Of a DNA stretch of 64,000 nucleotides, positions 25,177 to 39,414 are shown piece by piece (the first letter of the stretch is position 1; every line of letters begins with the position of its first letter). A model generated the notes under the pieces. That model saw only the letters and a program-made list of their open reading frames with translations. It ran no database searches and was not told the origin of the DNA. Both the position numbers and the translations under genes were made by a program. Origin of the DNA: Eledone cirrhosa (taxonomy: Eukaryota); assembly GCA_964016885.1 (NCBI GenBank), contig OZ024741.1, forward strand, positions 173,352,001 to 173,416,000, written 5' to 3'.

Positions 25177-28100
25177 CTAGCAGAAGTGCCCGGCGTTGCT
25201 CGGAGTTTAATTGCTTTAAAGTACTTTTAATGATTCCACTCAATTATGATTATTGAAAGTAAATACGGGTAAGTTTGAAAATATACAACAATAGCATCTA
25301 CTCACTATATGTCAGACCAGCAAGACTGTAGTGGTGCTGAATAGAGGAGTCACAACACCTCTCTGTAGACCACATTTTTTATTCTGCCTTTGGGCGCAAG
25401 TATGAATAATTTCTGCTTGCATCCCACTCTTCAGCATGCGACCTATAATTGGCCGTGTGAGAAGCACGGCTGGGCTAAATGCAGGCCTGCTGTTGATAGC
25501 GTTTGGCCTTGGGACTTGTTGATTGACATCGCGAAGCAAAGTTTAACGGGGAATTGAAGTCGGCGCAGAGTACAGGGGCATTCCGTACCTGATGGAGTTA
25601 ATGGTATTCTGCGTGTGAAGACGTTTTCTCCAGCGCCACAGCCCATGAGAATTGTGGCTTCAATTACAGGCGGCAGGAGGTTTCTTACCACTAACCGTGT
25701 TCCGTTGCAGAGACGTGGTGGTTCCAGGTTCCTCAACAGCATCACTGGAGTCCCAACTTTGACGCGCAGTTCATGAGGTGGCAGTCCAGAGAGGTTGAAG
25801 GAATTGAGGAATTCTGTGAGAAAATCGTCAACCTCATCTGTGTCCACCACTTTGTCCACAGATTTGTAGGTACGGAGGTTTCCAGGAATGCGTTGCAGAA
25901 GGCCCTTATTGATTTTTGCAATAGAGACATTTTTGGGAGCCAATATGGCTCTATCGCACAGCCAACTCGTGTTTTTGTAGTTGATGGCCATATTGGGAAA
26001 GACAGAGGCTGTGAGGTCGTCAACAGGGTCGACAACGGTGCCTACTTACGAGACTGCCATTTCTCCAGCTGCATCTGAAGGTGCAGTGCCGTCACCAACT
26101 GTTAAGAGGTCCTTTGAGCAGTCGGCTGATGAGAGGTCGCCGAGCAGTTGGGCTCTCATGTTTGTTGTGAGGGTCAGGATTGTCACTTCCTTCCACAGGG
26201 GAGATGACTTAATGCAAGCCCCCACAGTGTCGGCCCTGGTGGCTTTTGGAACAACTGGAAGAGTTTGTTGGAAATCGCCAGACAGCAGTAGAGCTACTCC
26301 TCCCATCGGCCGGCTGCATTCCCTGATGTCTCGTAGGGTCCTGTCTAACGCCTCAAGGGACCCTTTATGGGCCATTGTGCATTCGTCCCACAAATTAGGT
26401 GCCATCTTTTCAAGACTTCCGCTTTGTCAGAGTCCTTGGTGATGTTGCAGGTTATTGTCGTCTGAAGTCGTGTTGAATGGCAGTTTAAATGCGGAATGAG
26501 CTGTCCTACCTCCGGGCAGCAGAGTTGTGGCAATCCCAGAAGAAGCCACAGGCAGGGTGATTCTTTTTTGCTGTCGCACTTTGGTGGCCCGCCATTGGTC
26601 CTGCAACAATTTCGGCTCGTTTTCATTGATGAACAGTTCGAGGCCGTGGACGTCGTAGGCAGTTTCCTGAATTATGCCTGTCGGAAGTTTGTTGGAGCCC
26701 GTTCGCTGAACTTTTGGCAGTCCATAGAATGGAAGGTCATTTCCGCCGGCAGTTAGGATTTTGTCCTCGATGTCAATGAGATCATCGCTGAGTCGTACGT
26801 CGGAATGAGGGAGTAGCAGTTGTCCTTGCTGTATGTAGTCATCAGAAAGGTCTTCTTTGTATTTGTCCCATAAGGATGCAGGGTCGCTTAACTCGCATGT
26901 CTGCAGTAGCACCGCAAAGAGTTGCCGAAGAGTTCGTGCTGAGCGTATTGTAGCTGCCTCCGCCAATGTTGCATCCCACTGAATGCCATCTTCCAGTAGA
27001 CCCCGTCTAAGGCAGGCTGCGCGGAATGAAGTACAACCCTCTCCGTTGATTGTTTTCAGATCGTCGAAAGATGTCAGTCCTACCACTTCATGCAGTAGAA
27101 GGCGGAGATAAAAGCCTTCCTGTTGGTTAGGATGAATGGTGTACACTCTCCCAAGGGTAGGGGACATTTTAATGTCTGGATGTCCCTCAACGGATTGTCC
27201 TTTCACCCTTCTTAACCAAATTCTGTTGTCTGTGTTCCATGTGTAGTATGATGGCACCTGAGAGTAGAAGAGGGTCTTGGCGAAGGGATCGTTTCGGCAT
27301 AACTTAAAAAATGCCGTAAGTGTCGTGTCCTTGGGTTCCTCTGCTATCTCAGCAGCGGTGGAGGTGGTGAAGTAGACTCTTTGACCGTTTTCAAGGTGGA
27401 CTGCCAACTGTTTACATAATAGGTCAAACCTGTAAGCCAAGCCCGTCTGAGTTATAGCACAAAAGAGCATAAACAGGGGCGATATTTTGGAGCACACTGG
27501 AAAATAAATCATCGAAATTGGAGGTTCCTGAAAAAAGTTTTCTCATTATTTTTTTGTCTCATATTGCAAAAAACAGAAAAAAATTACAAAAAGGACAACA
27601 ATAAAATATAATGTCTTTGTTGAGATTCAAGTAAATGAATGCTTAAGCGTCGTTATGATTATGTTTGTTGTTTTATAAATTCATCTGTTGCTTTTGAATA
27701 TTTGTTATTTGATGTATAATGTAACGTTGAGAGAGGAGTATGTATTTAGTGTTATCGGCTTTTTAAGTTTTGTTATTTGATGTATGAGCGTCGTTATGAC
27801 TATGTTTGTTGTTGTATAAAATGATGTGTTGCTTAGTTATCAAAGTTTATTTCGCGTTCCTGGACGAAGAAGGGGAATGATCTATTATAGAGAGAGGGAA
27901 GAGCGACAACGAGAGTAAAGCTAAGAAACCATAAGGAGGTGTGTTAAACCTCGAAGCATGAAGAGAGTAAAGCAGTTAAATTATAGAGAGGGGGAATAAT
28001 CTATTTTAGAGAGAGGGAAGAGCGATGGAGAGAGTAAAGCTATTTTTGTTGTTGTATAAATTGATGTGTTGCTTAGTTTTCAAAGTTTGTGTTGCGTTCC

Positions 28101-28559
28101 TTGAAAAGAAGTTTTGTCGCTGTTGTAAATTGTAATGGTGATAGGGTAGTAGACAGAGGCAGTAACCTTTTAAAGAGAGTTGCAGAGGAGATTGAGTGGG
28201 GAGTAGAGGGAGGAATGCACCTTTTAAAGAGAGTTGTAGAGAAAATTGAGAGTGGAGTAGAGGGAGGAATGAACTTTTTAAAGAGAGTTGCAACATGTAT
28301 GTAGTTTCATAGATTGTTGATGGTAGTAGACAGAGTGAATAAGCGTGTAAGAGAGAGGGTTACAGCATGTATTTAGTTTTATCGATTTTTTTTCATAGAA
28401 GCAGGAAATTTTTGTCAAAGTTTATTACGTGTTGACCATCCTTGGTAAATTTGGAGCACATTGGAAAAAAAAATCAACAAAATCGGTCGAGAAATGGAGA
28501 AATGCATAAAAATCATACATACACACAGACAGATCTCTTCCATTTTATATATATAGAGA
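25177..28559 (-). mobile_element. internally deleted Helitron (Rep-Hel remnant)
   Basis: minus-strand 5' TC(TCTATATATA) and 3' hairpin CCGAGCAACGCCGGG + CTAG, inserted between A and T with no TSD. Confidence 0.92.
25443..27410 (-). pseudogene. Helitron PIF1-type helicase, frameshifted
   Basis: AVHLENGQRVYF, FYLRLLL, VASSGIA..GGRTAHS, WDECTM, GDFQQTLPV, LCNGTRL, RLQFPVKLCFAMSINKSQGQT, FSHGQL; Walker A and HUH Rep regions appear deleted. Confidence 0.9.
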
Positions 28560-29121
28560 TAATTATCTCACATAATATTGAATCTATGAGATTTTGATAT
28601 TATTTATTTTGAGAACAATACCTTAACATAAGTATGAGTGGCCAGTTACAGCCAGTTTGAACTGGAAGAGGTGAGAGAATTCTGGCTGGATATAGCCAGT
28701 TTAAAGGCTAAAGGGTTAAACCATGAACATGGTCTGATTGCTTGTAGCAGAATGGGCATAGCTAAAGATACTCAAGGGCTTGTAGTGGATTTTGTCAAAG
28801 GCATACAGGGGCCAGGTGATGTTAAGCTGCATGAATTTTGCTAAAGGCATCCAAGATAGTGGTGTTAAACTGAGTGACATATCATTTAAGAACAAGAATA
28901 CCATTTAAGAACAAGAATGCTCCTTCTGATAGGCTTCTATACAGTCACTGCCAAACAAATTCAACTCACATGGCTTTGGTTGACTCAAGGCTATGATAGA
29001 AATCATTTATTTGCCCAAAGTGCTGCATAGTGGCATAGAACCTCAGACCATAACATTGTGAATCAAATGTCTTACCCAAATAGCCATGTGTCAAAACTAT
29101 GAAGAGTTTCTCATGCTGGGT

Positions 29122-29315
29122 AATAATTGTTTCTACGTTTGGCATTAGGCCAGCAATTACCCCACTACATTACTGGTGCTTTATTTTATCGACCCCATAA
29201 GGATGAAAGGCAAAGTTAACCTCGGCGAGAATTGAACTCAGACCATAAAGAACCATAAATCTATGCTGCAAAGCATGGCATCCGACTCTCTACGAATACT
29301 GCCAATCCACAACCC
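29122..29315 (-). mobile_element. Nin-like SINE
   Basis: family match. Confidence 0.8.
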
Positions 29316-29581
29316 TTATCGTGCTTGATAATAATATACATTTTTTTCATTTATAATGGAATTCAAGCAGAGAACTCCTCCTCCTTCCCCTCCTTCTCCT
29401 CCTCCTCCAATAATCTCATTTTTATATAGAAACTTTCACTTAAAGGACAATCCTACAATTCTGACCATTACTTGAAATAACTAAATAACCGCACACACAT
29501 ACACACACACACCTATATTAATATATATATATAACCAAGTGAGAAAGATATATGTATTTATAGAGATAGAAAGAGCCATAT

Positions 29582-29612
<31 letters not shown>

Positions 29613-29673
29613 TTACATATATTGTCTAGGAGCTGTTTTCTCAACAAAATGTTTTCACTGATAAATACTTTTC

Positions 29674-29733
<60 letters not shown>

Positions 29734-30149
29734 GAAATAAACTAAGCTATCTATTAAGAACTGACGTTCATCCCCTTCAGTTTTTATCTCAACCAACTCG
29801 GTGAAATATTTACTTGAAATATGGAGCAAATACGTTGACATTTTATTCACAGACAGAACTCCAAGAGATAATATTCTCTCACCAATTTACCATACCTCTT
29901 TTTAATGTTGACAACTGGTAATCAAATTAATCACCAATAATAATATTTTTTGTTGTATCTATGAAATAATAAATTTATATTCATTGGTATATTCTGTATA
30001 TATTGGTAGTCGATTGTAGTGAAAGAAAATTTCTTGATAATTTCAAGCTTTTTATTTATATAATATATATATATTTATATATAGAAGTGGTAACACAACA
30101 GTTAGTTCACCATACCGAGAACAATTGTTTTGCCTTAGCGCATCTTCAG

Positions 30150-30184
30150 CTGAAGATCCGCTAAGGTGAAACAATTGTTCTCGG
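30150..30184 (+). ncRNA. minimal hammerhead core within a fold-back palindrome
   Basis: CTGAAGA-TCCGCTAAGGT-GAAAC-AATT-GTT-CTCGG; mirror copy on the minus strand at 30115-30149; palindrome 30109-30190 centred on AG|CT. Confidence 0.65.
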
Positions 30185-30297
30185 TATGGTTTCTACCTAA
30201 CTTGTCCCATGGACTGAGTGCTCTTCCACTATGGATATTACCTTCCAGTGTTCTACCTCTATATATATATATATATATAATATATATATATATATAT

Positions 30298-30437
30298 TTA
30301 GATAAATCTACCAAAAGTTTACGGTAGTGTCCAATCCGTACACATATATGTCCTAGAAACGATCGTTAAATAATGAACTTTTTTTGTTTAATATAAGGAA
30401 CTGTTTCTTTGTTTTATTCATTATTTTTTTAATATTT
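30298..30437 (+). mobile_element. internally deleted copy of the 8.7-9.4 kb hammerhead element
   Basis: reverse complement of 9337-9389 joined to the reverse complement of ~8705-8802; retains only GAAACGATCGTTAAATAA. Confidence 0.75.
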
Positions 30438-30438
30438 C

Positions 30439-30507
<69 letters not shown>

Positions 30508-30565
30508 TGTATATATATATGTATATATATATATAATATAAATATATATATATATATACACACAC

Positions 30566-30600
<35 letters not shown>

Positions 30601-30655
30601 AATATGTATATATATGTATATATATATATATACGTATATATATATACATATATAT

Positions 30656-31045
30656 CATCATCATCATCATCATCATCATCATTTTACGTCCGCTTTTCCC
30701 TGCTTGCAAGGGTGGGATGGGAACTGATTCTGGCTTGATTTCTACAGCTGGATGCCCTTCCTAACACCAACCTCATTTACAGTGAGGGCTGGGTGCTTTT
30801 TTTTTACCGTGGCACCTCCACATCCACTTTACAGTGTGAGCTGGGTGCTTTTTTGCCGTGGCACCTCCACGACCACTTTGCAGTGGAATGATAGGGACCC
30901 CAGTCCCTATCATCTCATTTCTACAGCTGAGTAAACTGGAGCAATGGGAAATAAAGTCTCTTGCTCAAGGAAACACCACATCACCTTGTCTGAGAATTGA
31001 ACCAGGTGATGTGTTGTTTCCTTGAGCAAGAGACTTTATTTTACA
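30656..31045 (-). mobile_element. CORE-like SINE with RTE tail
   Basis: matches the 9476 SINE in reverse; head rearranged. Confidence 0.8.
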
Positions 31046-31049
31046 CATA

Positions 31050-31125
<76 letters not shown>

Positions 31126-31128
<3 letters not shown>

Positions 31129-31398
31129 TCATCATCATCATCATCGTTTAACGTCCATCTTCCATGCTAGCATGGGTTTGGACGGTAATTTTCCACTTGA
31201 GGCAAGATTGGTTGCCTTGCTCGTATAGGACTGTCTGGCGGGTTTTCTATGGCTGGATGCCCTTTCTAATACCAACCACGTTTACAGTGTGGACTGGGAG
31301 ATTTTTACCGTGTTACCTACACGGCCACATTACAGCGTGGACTGTTTTTTTGTCGTGACACCTGATTTATTTTGGACTGGATGTTGTGGTACCAACAT
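31126..31398 (-). mobile_element. RTE 3' UTR fragment
   Basis: reverse complement of the 2515-2800 region, with (CAT)n tail. Confidence 0.8.
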
Positions 31399-31637
31399 AA
31401 TATATATATAATATATATATAATATATATATATATATACATATATATACATATATACAATTATATATACATTATATATATATATATATATAATATATATA
31501 TAAATGTGTATGTGTATATATACATATATATATATATATGTAGGAGGTGAGTTTTATTGTAGTACAATAAAGCAATATGTTGATTTAAAACTGCACTATC
31601 CACAAGTGTTTTTTAGCCTTCATATCATGTTCTCCTG

Positions 31638-31704
31638 TTTTATCTGATGAAAACACAAATATTATTGCATGATGACGTTTGTTTTTGAAATGCGCATAAT
31701 AAAA
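31638..31704 (+). ncRNA. type I hammerhead ribozyme
   Basis: TTTTAT-CTGATGA-AAACACAAAT..GTTTGTTTTT-GAAA-TGCGCA-TA-ATAAAA; stem I TTTTAT/ATAAAA; palindromic stem III TGCGCA; AUA cleavage triplet. Confidence 0.75.
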
Positions 31705-31736
31705 TACATGGAACTCCTTTAACCATCTTTTGATCT

Positions 31737-31768
<32 letters not shown>

Positions 31769-31769
<1 letters not shown>

Positions 31770-31959
31770 ACGAAGGAAATGTGGTAAGGAACCAGGTGGA
31801 CCATAACGCACCAAAGTACTCAATACTTGAGGTAGTAGAGTGGGTAATAGGAACCAGTAAGACCCCGACAGCTGAGCTCAAGCCGTTTCGACGGCTAATT
31901 CTGAGTCCAGAATTAGCCGTCGAAACGGCTTGAGCTCAGCTGTCGGGGTCTTACTGGTT

Positions 31960-31964
<5 letters not shown>
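31769..31964. mobile_element. Penelope-like fragment ending in a perfect 57-bp-arm hairpin
   Basis: 31847-31903 is the reverse complement of 31908-31964; contains GAAAC-GGCTTGAGCTCAGCT-GTC-GGGGTC (hammerhead 3' half); relatives at 33668-33849 and 54928-55090. Confidence 0.7.
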
Positions 31965-32021
<57 letters not shown>

Positions 32022-32043
32022 AATATATTTGTGAAACTTTATT

Positions 32044-32131
32044 TCATATTACAATTGTTTCTATATCAATCAGCTCGGGTTTGATCAGGCAATCGAATCT
32101 TGATTGTTTATCGATACTTCTTCAGATATGA
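32044..32131 (-). ncRNA. type I hammerhead ribozyme, intact core
   Basis: minus: TCATAT-CTGAAGA-AG-TATCGAT..ATTGATA-TA-GAAAC-AATT-GTA-ATATGA; stem I TCATAT/ATATGA; palindromic stem III CAATTG; GUA triplet. Confidence 0.8.
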
Positions 32132-32349
32132 GAGTTTATATATATATATATATAAACACAAACACACACACACATATGGGGAATTTTCAATGTTTTATTT
32201 TTCTTGTTTATTGTTATTGTTTTCCTATTTTTTACTCGATTTCTGTATAAAACCCCCATTGTCCCAGTCTACTGTATTATCCCCTATATGTTGGCCCTTG
32301 TGGCCAATAAATGAAACCATTATTATTATTATTATTACTATTATTATAA

Positions 32350-32790
32350 GGGTGGCAGTATCAGTAGAGGGTCAGACACCATGCTTTGCAGCATAGAGTT
32401 ACGTCCCTTTATGATCTGATCTCACTTTACCTTTCATCCTTACAGGGTCGATAAAATAGAGTACTAGTCATGCACTGGGGTCAATTTAATCGACTTTCCC
32501 CTTCCCCCAAATTACTGGCCTTGTGCCTATATAAGAAACCACTATTACTATTATTATATATAAGGGCAGTGGATTGGCAGTATGAATGGTGCTGTGAGCA
32601 GCATCCTTTGCGACATAGAGTTACATCCCTTTACATTCTGAATTCAAATCCTGTTGAGATTAACTTTGCCTTTCATCCTATCGGGGTCAATAAAATAAAG
32701 TATCAGTAACGTACTGGGGTCGATTAAATCAACTTTCCTCTCCTCCAAAATATTACTAGCCTCGTGCCTAATTTAGAAATCATTATTATT
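32350..32790 (+). mobile_element. two tandem Nin-like SINEs following a Tx1-like 3' UTR fragment (32180-32345)
   Basis: head-to-tail SINE copies, each beginning right after an (ATT)n tail. Confidence 0.75.
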
Positions 32791-33667
32791 AGTAGTAGCA
32801 GCAGCAATAACAGCAGCAGCAGCAGTAGTAGCAGTAGTGGTAGTGGTAGTAGTAGTAGTAGTAGTAGTAGTAGTTATAGTAGTTTCTATGTTACAATCAT
32901 GTTTCACACTGCTGAAATTAAAAAGAAAATGGTTGGTACTTGCCAAGAACTAACAATGCCAGCAAGAAAAAAGTTCCTGTAAATTTGTAATAATTTGATA
33001 AAGTGAATAAAAACTCATGTCAAACTAATGTTGTTAAGAGAAATACAACAAATACCCCCCCCCCCCCCCCCCCCCAAAAAAAAGGAAGACAGGATAGAAT
33101 CTTAAGTTGTGGCAATGCAAATACAACATTTTTTTCTTTAGATATGTTAAAATTGAGAATCAAAGGAATCGTTTATGAATGTGAATGGCAGATTTGCATC
33201 AGAGTTGGCAACAAGTAATCCAGAAGAAATAGTATGATGAATAAATATAGGTGATGGATTGGCAGAAATGGTAGAACATTGGATAAAATTCTATTGCAGT
33301 GTTTGTTCTGACTCTTTTACATACTGACTTCAAATCCTAATGATATCAATTTTGCCTTCTATCCTTCCAGGGTTGACAAAATGAAGTACCAATTAAGTAC
33401 TTGGGTTTATTTAATTAACTTTTCTCATCCCTAAAATTGCTGACCTTGTGCCTAAATTAGAAATCATTACAAATAGATGTAAAAATTATTCAGCCAAAGA
33501 AAGTTATTGACGTCTATACTGAAAAAGGCAGATAAATATATACAGAGACACTGAGTGAAAGATACAATAATAACAGTTTAATAACAACAACTGTTTTATG
33601 GCTATTTTTAACTCTAAAGTAGGGATTACACATGTGGGGATGATAATGAAAACAACTGGTAATTGAT

Positions 33668-33849
33668 GGAACCAGGTGAACCATAACACACCAGAGTACT
33701 CGATACATTGGGTAGTAGAGTGGGTAATAGGAAAAGAGTCAGGACCCCGACAGCAGAGCTCAAGCCGTTTCGACGGCTATTTCTGGAATTGGCCGTCGAA
33801 ATGGCTTGAGCGCTGCCATCGTGGTCCTGACTCTTTTCCTAGGCACCCA
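33668..33849. mobile_element. second fold-back copy of the 31.8 kb family
   Basis: imperfect palindrome 33721-33849 centred near 33785. Confidence 0.7.
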
Positions 33850-34040
33850 TTTACGTGTGTTGTATTGAAGCGAATAACTATGTGTATACTCTGGGAATGT
33901 ATTCTACATTACCTATTGAGTACGCTGAAATACAACCAGTCCTGGCATTGATAAATATGCTGGGTCCGTCAACTCCTTATTATATATATGTATATATATA
34001 TATATATATATATGTGTGTATATATATATATATATATTTA

Positions 34041-35060
<1,020 letters not shown>

Positions 35061-35570
35061 GCAATGCTGCTAGTTAAGATCAGTTGATCATTAGTCAACT
35101 TAGTACTTTATACTTTAAGAAAAGTTTAGTGATGGTGATGATGGTGATGATGGTGATGATGATGAAGGTGATGATGATGATATTGATGTTGATGGGGGAT
35201 TGGTCAATGTAAGGCTATATACTAAAATGCGATACTTTCCCCAAGTTGCTATATAGTGGGTCCGAACCTAAAAGAGCATGGTCATGACATGAACTTCTTA
35301 ATCACACGGCCTTGCTACTACTGAAACATTTACATAATTTTTTTTATATATTCATCAACAATGACAACAACAATGTCAAAACACAGACTACAGTAGCCAC
35401 AAAAGATTTGAATTATATTTTTTTTAGTTAAAAACAGAAGAATTCCGGCAACAAATTGTACATAAAGACATTCATGCAACAGCCAAACTATATCATGAAT
35501 GTTGCCATGAATAACAGAGCAGTATCTGTAAAGAAATCTTGTACTTATATGCATTGACTGTTTACTACAC

Positions 35571-35601
<31 letters not shown>

Positions 35602-35725
35602 TACACATACACATATATGTGTGTGTATGCATACATATATATATATGCACACACACACATGTATATACACATATACATATATATATAAATATATATATAT
35701 ATATGTATGTATGTATGTATATATT

Positions 35726-35789
<64 letters not shown>

Positions 35790-36243
35790 TAAACAAACAC
35801 GTATTATTTCACAAATTTGTTTAGCTTTTATATCTATTGTTGTTGACCTTTTAACGTTTGCTGTGAATAATCAGAGTAAATTAAGCTAGCATTATCACCA
35901 ACAAATCTATCTGATATTCAAATAATGGGACAACATTTTAGTTCAAAGGTGACAGAGAATCAAACAACACCATATTGGAAGTAATTCAATTTAGTTGTCA
36001 ACTAGAATGGACCTCCGTCAGTTTCAATAACAAATGTTCCAGTTGTTTGAGCAATGGAATAGTGTACTCATGAAATTAATATGTAAGTGGCTGAGCAGTC
36101 TAAAGACATATGCACCCTTCATGTAATTCTTGAGGAGATTTAGTGTGACAGAGGGTTTGATGTGGCTGGCTCTTTGAATTACAGGTACAGTCCTTCTTGT
36201 AATATAGAGTGAGAGGTTGAATATTCCATAGACTTGTGTACTC

Positions 36244-36464
36244 TTAACCCTTTAGCATTTAAACCGGCCGTATCCTGCCAGAATTTTCTCACCTCTTTCT
36301 GTTCAAACCAGCCATAACCATCTATTCATACTTATGTTAAGGTATTGTTCTCAAAATAAATAATATCAAAATCTCATAGATTCAATATGATGTGAGATAT
36401 ATTATGTAAGATAAAGCCTTTACTGTGAAAATACAATAGTATATATAGAATCATAAAGGGTTAA
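36244..36464 (-). mobile_element. piggyBac-derived MITE (reverse orientation)
   Basis: TTAA-bounded; reverse complement of the 869-1102 family. Confidence 0.8.
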
Positions 36465-36605
36465 TGTAATTCTCAGGAAAATTCAGTGTGACAGTGTGTG
36501 ACAAGGTTGGTATTTTGAATTACAGGTACAAGCCATCAATCAACTTAACACCAAGCTCATAAATTAATGTGTAATTAACTGAGTATCCCACAGACATGTG
36601 TACCC

Positions 36606-36881
36606 TTAACCCTTTAGCATTTACATTACTCTACATATACTATTGTATTTTCATGGTAAAGACTTTACCTTACATAATTATTGTTTCTACTTTTGGCACA
36701 AGGCCAGCAATTACCCAGTACATTACTGGTATATGTGAGATAATTATAATTATCTCACATAATATCAAATCTATGAGATTTTGATGTTATTTATTTTGAG
36801 GACAATACCTTAACATCAGTATGAGTGGGTGGTTACAGCCATTTTGAACAGATACGGTTGGTTTAAATGCTTAAGGGTTAA
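36606..36881 (+). mobile_element. piggyBac-derived MITE carrying a SINE-tail insertion
   Basis: TTAA-bounded; SINE 3' fragment at 36677-36730 and a short inverted duplication. Confidence 0.8.
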
Positions 36882-39414
36882 ACTAATTGACAAGCTAAAT
36901 TAGCATGATGTAACATGTGTCAAGTTTGGCCTTTTGAATTACAGATACAGTCCACTTGGTGGGGATCCAAATAGGTTCTGTTTACCAAATTTCAGTCCTA
37001 AGATATGGGTCAACTCCAGGCTATGGTAAATAACATGTGCCCAAGATGACATGCAGTGGGATCAAACCCAAGGCTTAATGTTTACAAAGCAAACGTCTTA
37101 ACCATTTGACTATGCTGTGTCCACAATTGCAAACTTAGAAATCATGTCACACACATTTTCAAGCTAATAAGAATCCCAGAAAATGGATTGTTTCTTTAGA
37201 ATTACTCGATCAATATGTGATAAATAGATAATGGCGATAATGGATAATTTGGTTCTATTTTAACTATCGATATTATTGGCATGAGATGATGATGATGATA
37301 ATGAGATAGCTAACTCATTGAATTTGCTCAGATAATGCCCTATGTGTAATGTATGAAATATAGTAACAGCTTGTTGATGAGATCTGAAATTATGCGGTTC
37401 ATATATGATACAGCCTGTAAATATAACTTTCAATAACAGTCTGTAGATGTTAACTGAATGAATTTTCTTCGACATATTGTGTCAGACAAGAACTGCTAAT
37501 TTCTTTTACTTCATTCAAACCAATTTGACAGAGTCACACCTAGCCACACCTCTAATCAATGCATATAAATGACTAAAGTGGCTGCCAATATACTTAATGT
37601 ATTTAGCAAAAGAAAATATAATTAAAAGTACATGCTTAGTAATGACAACTGTCATTATCTAAACGACTAATTCTGTCAAAAACAGCAAGGGAAGACAACC
37701 CTGAAATTTTAATATAATTGTTTCTACTTTAGGCACAAGGCCAGCAATTACCCAGTACATTACTGGTACTTTATTTTATCGACCCCCGTAAGGATGAAAG
37801 GCAAAGTTAACCTAATATAATGCAACATGGAGTGTATCTGATTCTTAGAAGTTTGGTGACAATTCTGGACATGATTTTTCTTATTGGACCTTATCAGCAA
37901 ACCATAATTTAACCATGGCTATTAGATCTTAGAATGACTAGAGGGAGATATAAGTTACTTGTGAATGAAATCTGAGTGGCATAATAACTTAAAAGAATGA
38001 CAAGGTAAAATTAATTAGAGATATCTGCTGCATGGAAACTTAATAATATACAGAGTTTACATACAAGAGTTAAATTCAGCATTGCAAGATAATGCACTTA
38101 TTAATTTTACTATGCTGTGACAACATAGAATTGAAGCCTCTCATGAAAAACCTATTGGATAATGTTGACCTTGAGACATTATGCTTGGAATCAAATAATG
38201 ATTGGAACATCTGCAATTATATGTCTACTTGAACAAAGCTGATATGGGTCTATATAACAACAATAGCAACAACAGCAATGGTACCAAGAACAATGACAAC
38301 AACAACAATAATGGTAGTATTTTGGTCACAAATATAAAGCAGAATCAGTAAAATAATATGTGCCAAATTTTGGGCCGATTATCGGCTAGCATCAGGCATC
38401 TGTACATACCTAGGTATATATGAAATATATATGAGCAAGATCTGGTTCATAGATAACATGGCCAACCCATGTCAGCTGGGAAAACGGATTTTAAAATGAT
38501 GATGATGATGATGAGGATGATGATGATTGCGATATGTGCTTGTCTTTCTGGTTAATCAGTTTTAGCATTGTCTAGAAAGAGTAGTGATAATGAGTGCTAT
38601 CACTGTTTATGTTATACAATATTTTGATTATTATAAAGGGTAGCAGAAATGGCAATATCAGTAGGATGTTCGACAAAATGCTTTTCAGTATTTAGTAGGC
38701 TTGCTATGTTCTGAGTTCAAATCCTGCTTGAGGAGGTCAACTTTGCTTTTCATCCTTCTGAGTTCAATAAGATCAAATAGCCATCAAACACCAGGGTCAA
38801 TATTATTAACCTCTCCTACCACCCACAAGAAATATTGCTGGCCTTGTCTTGTGCTAAAATTATAAAGCATTATTTTTATTACTATACAAGATCCCTGCAA
38901 GTCAAGATAAACAAGCCTAGGTGTGCTGAAGAAAGCAGTGTTTCAGGCATCTCTTTTAGTTCCTTCACCACAAGACATAAATATGTGTCTTCCTATAGAA
39001 AGTTGCTCAGTTCAATTGCTGCTTCAGTTAGTAGATGACCAATATCTTGAGTTGTCAGTATACAGGTTTATAGAGGCAGCTGGTGTAGCTGTCAGTATGC
39101 AGTTCATAACTGCAGCTGTCAGTGTGCGGGTTTATGGATGCAGCTGCCAATGTATCCACACTTGCTAATTTGTCATTTTGCCATTATTTCAGAACCTGGG
39201 TTTACCTTTTGGCAGTTTAGATCCAAAGTTGTAACTTGTATATGATGCATAGCCTCATCAACACTCATACTGAATCAGCTAGACCCAGTGGTAAGACAGT
39301 GATAAGTAATCAAGATGATTTGGGATGTGACTGGATGTAGGGCTTCATGGAGGCTTTGGCTGAATTAGACAGGAAAACACCAATCTCACCCCACACACTG
39401 TAGAATACTAAATA

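Larger units (their letters stand above)
25108..28719 (+). mobile_element. piggyBac-derived MITE split by a Helitron
   Basis: left half 25108-25176 and right half 28560-28719 reconstitute the 869-1102 MITE, with TTAA at both outer ends. Confidence 0.85.
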
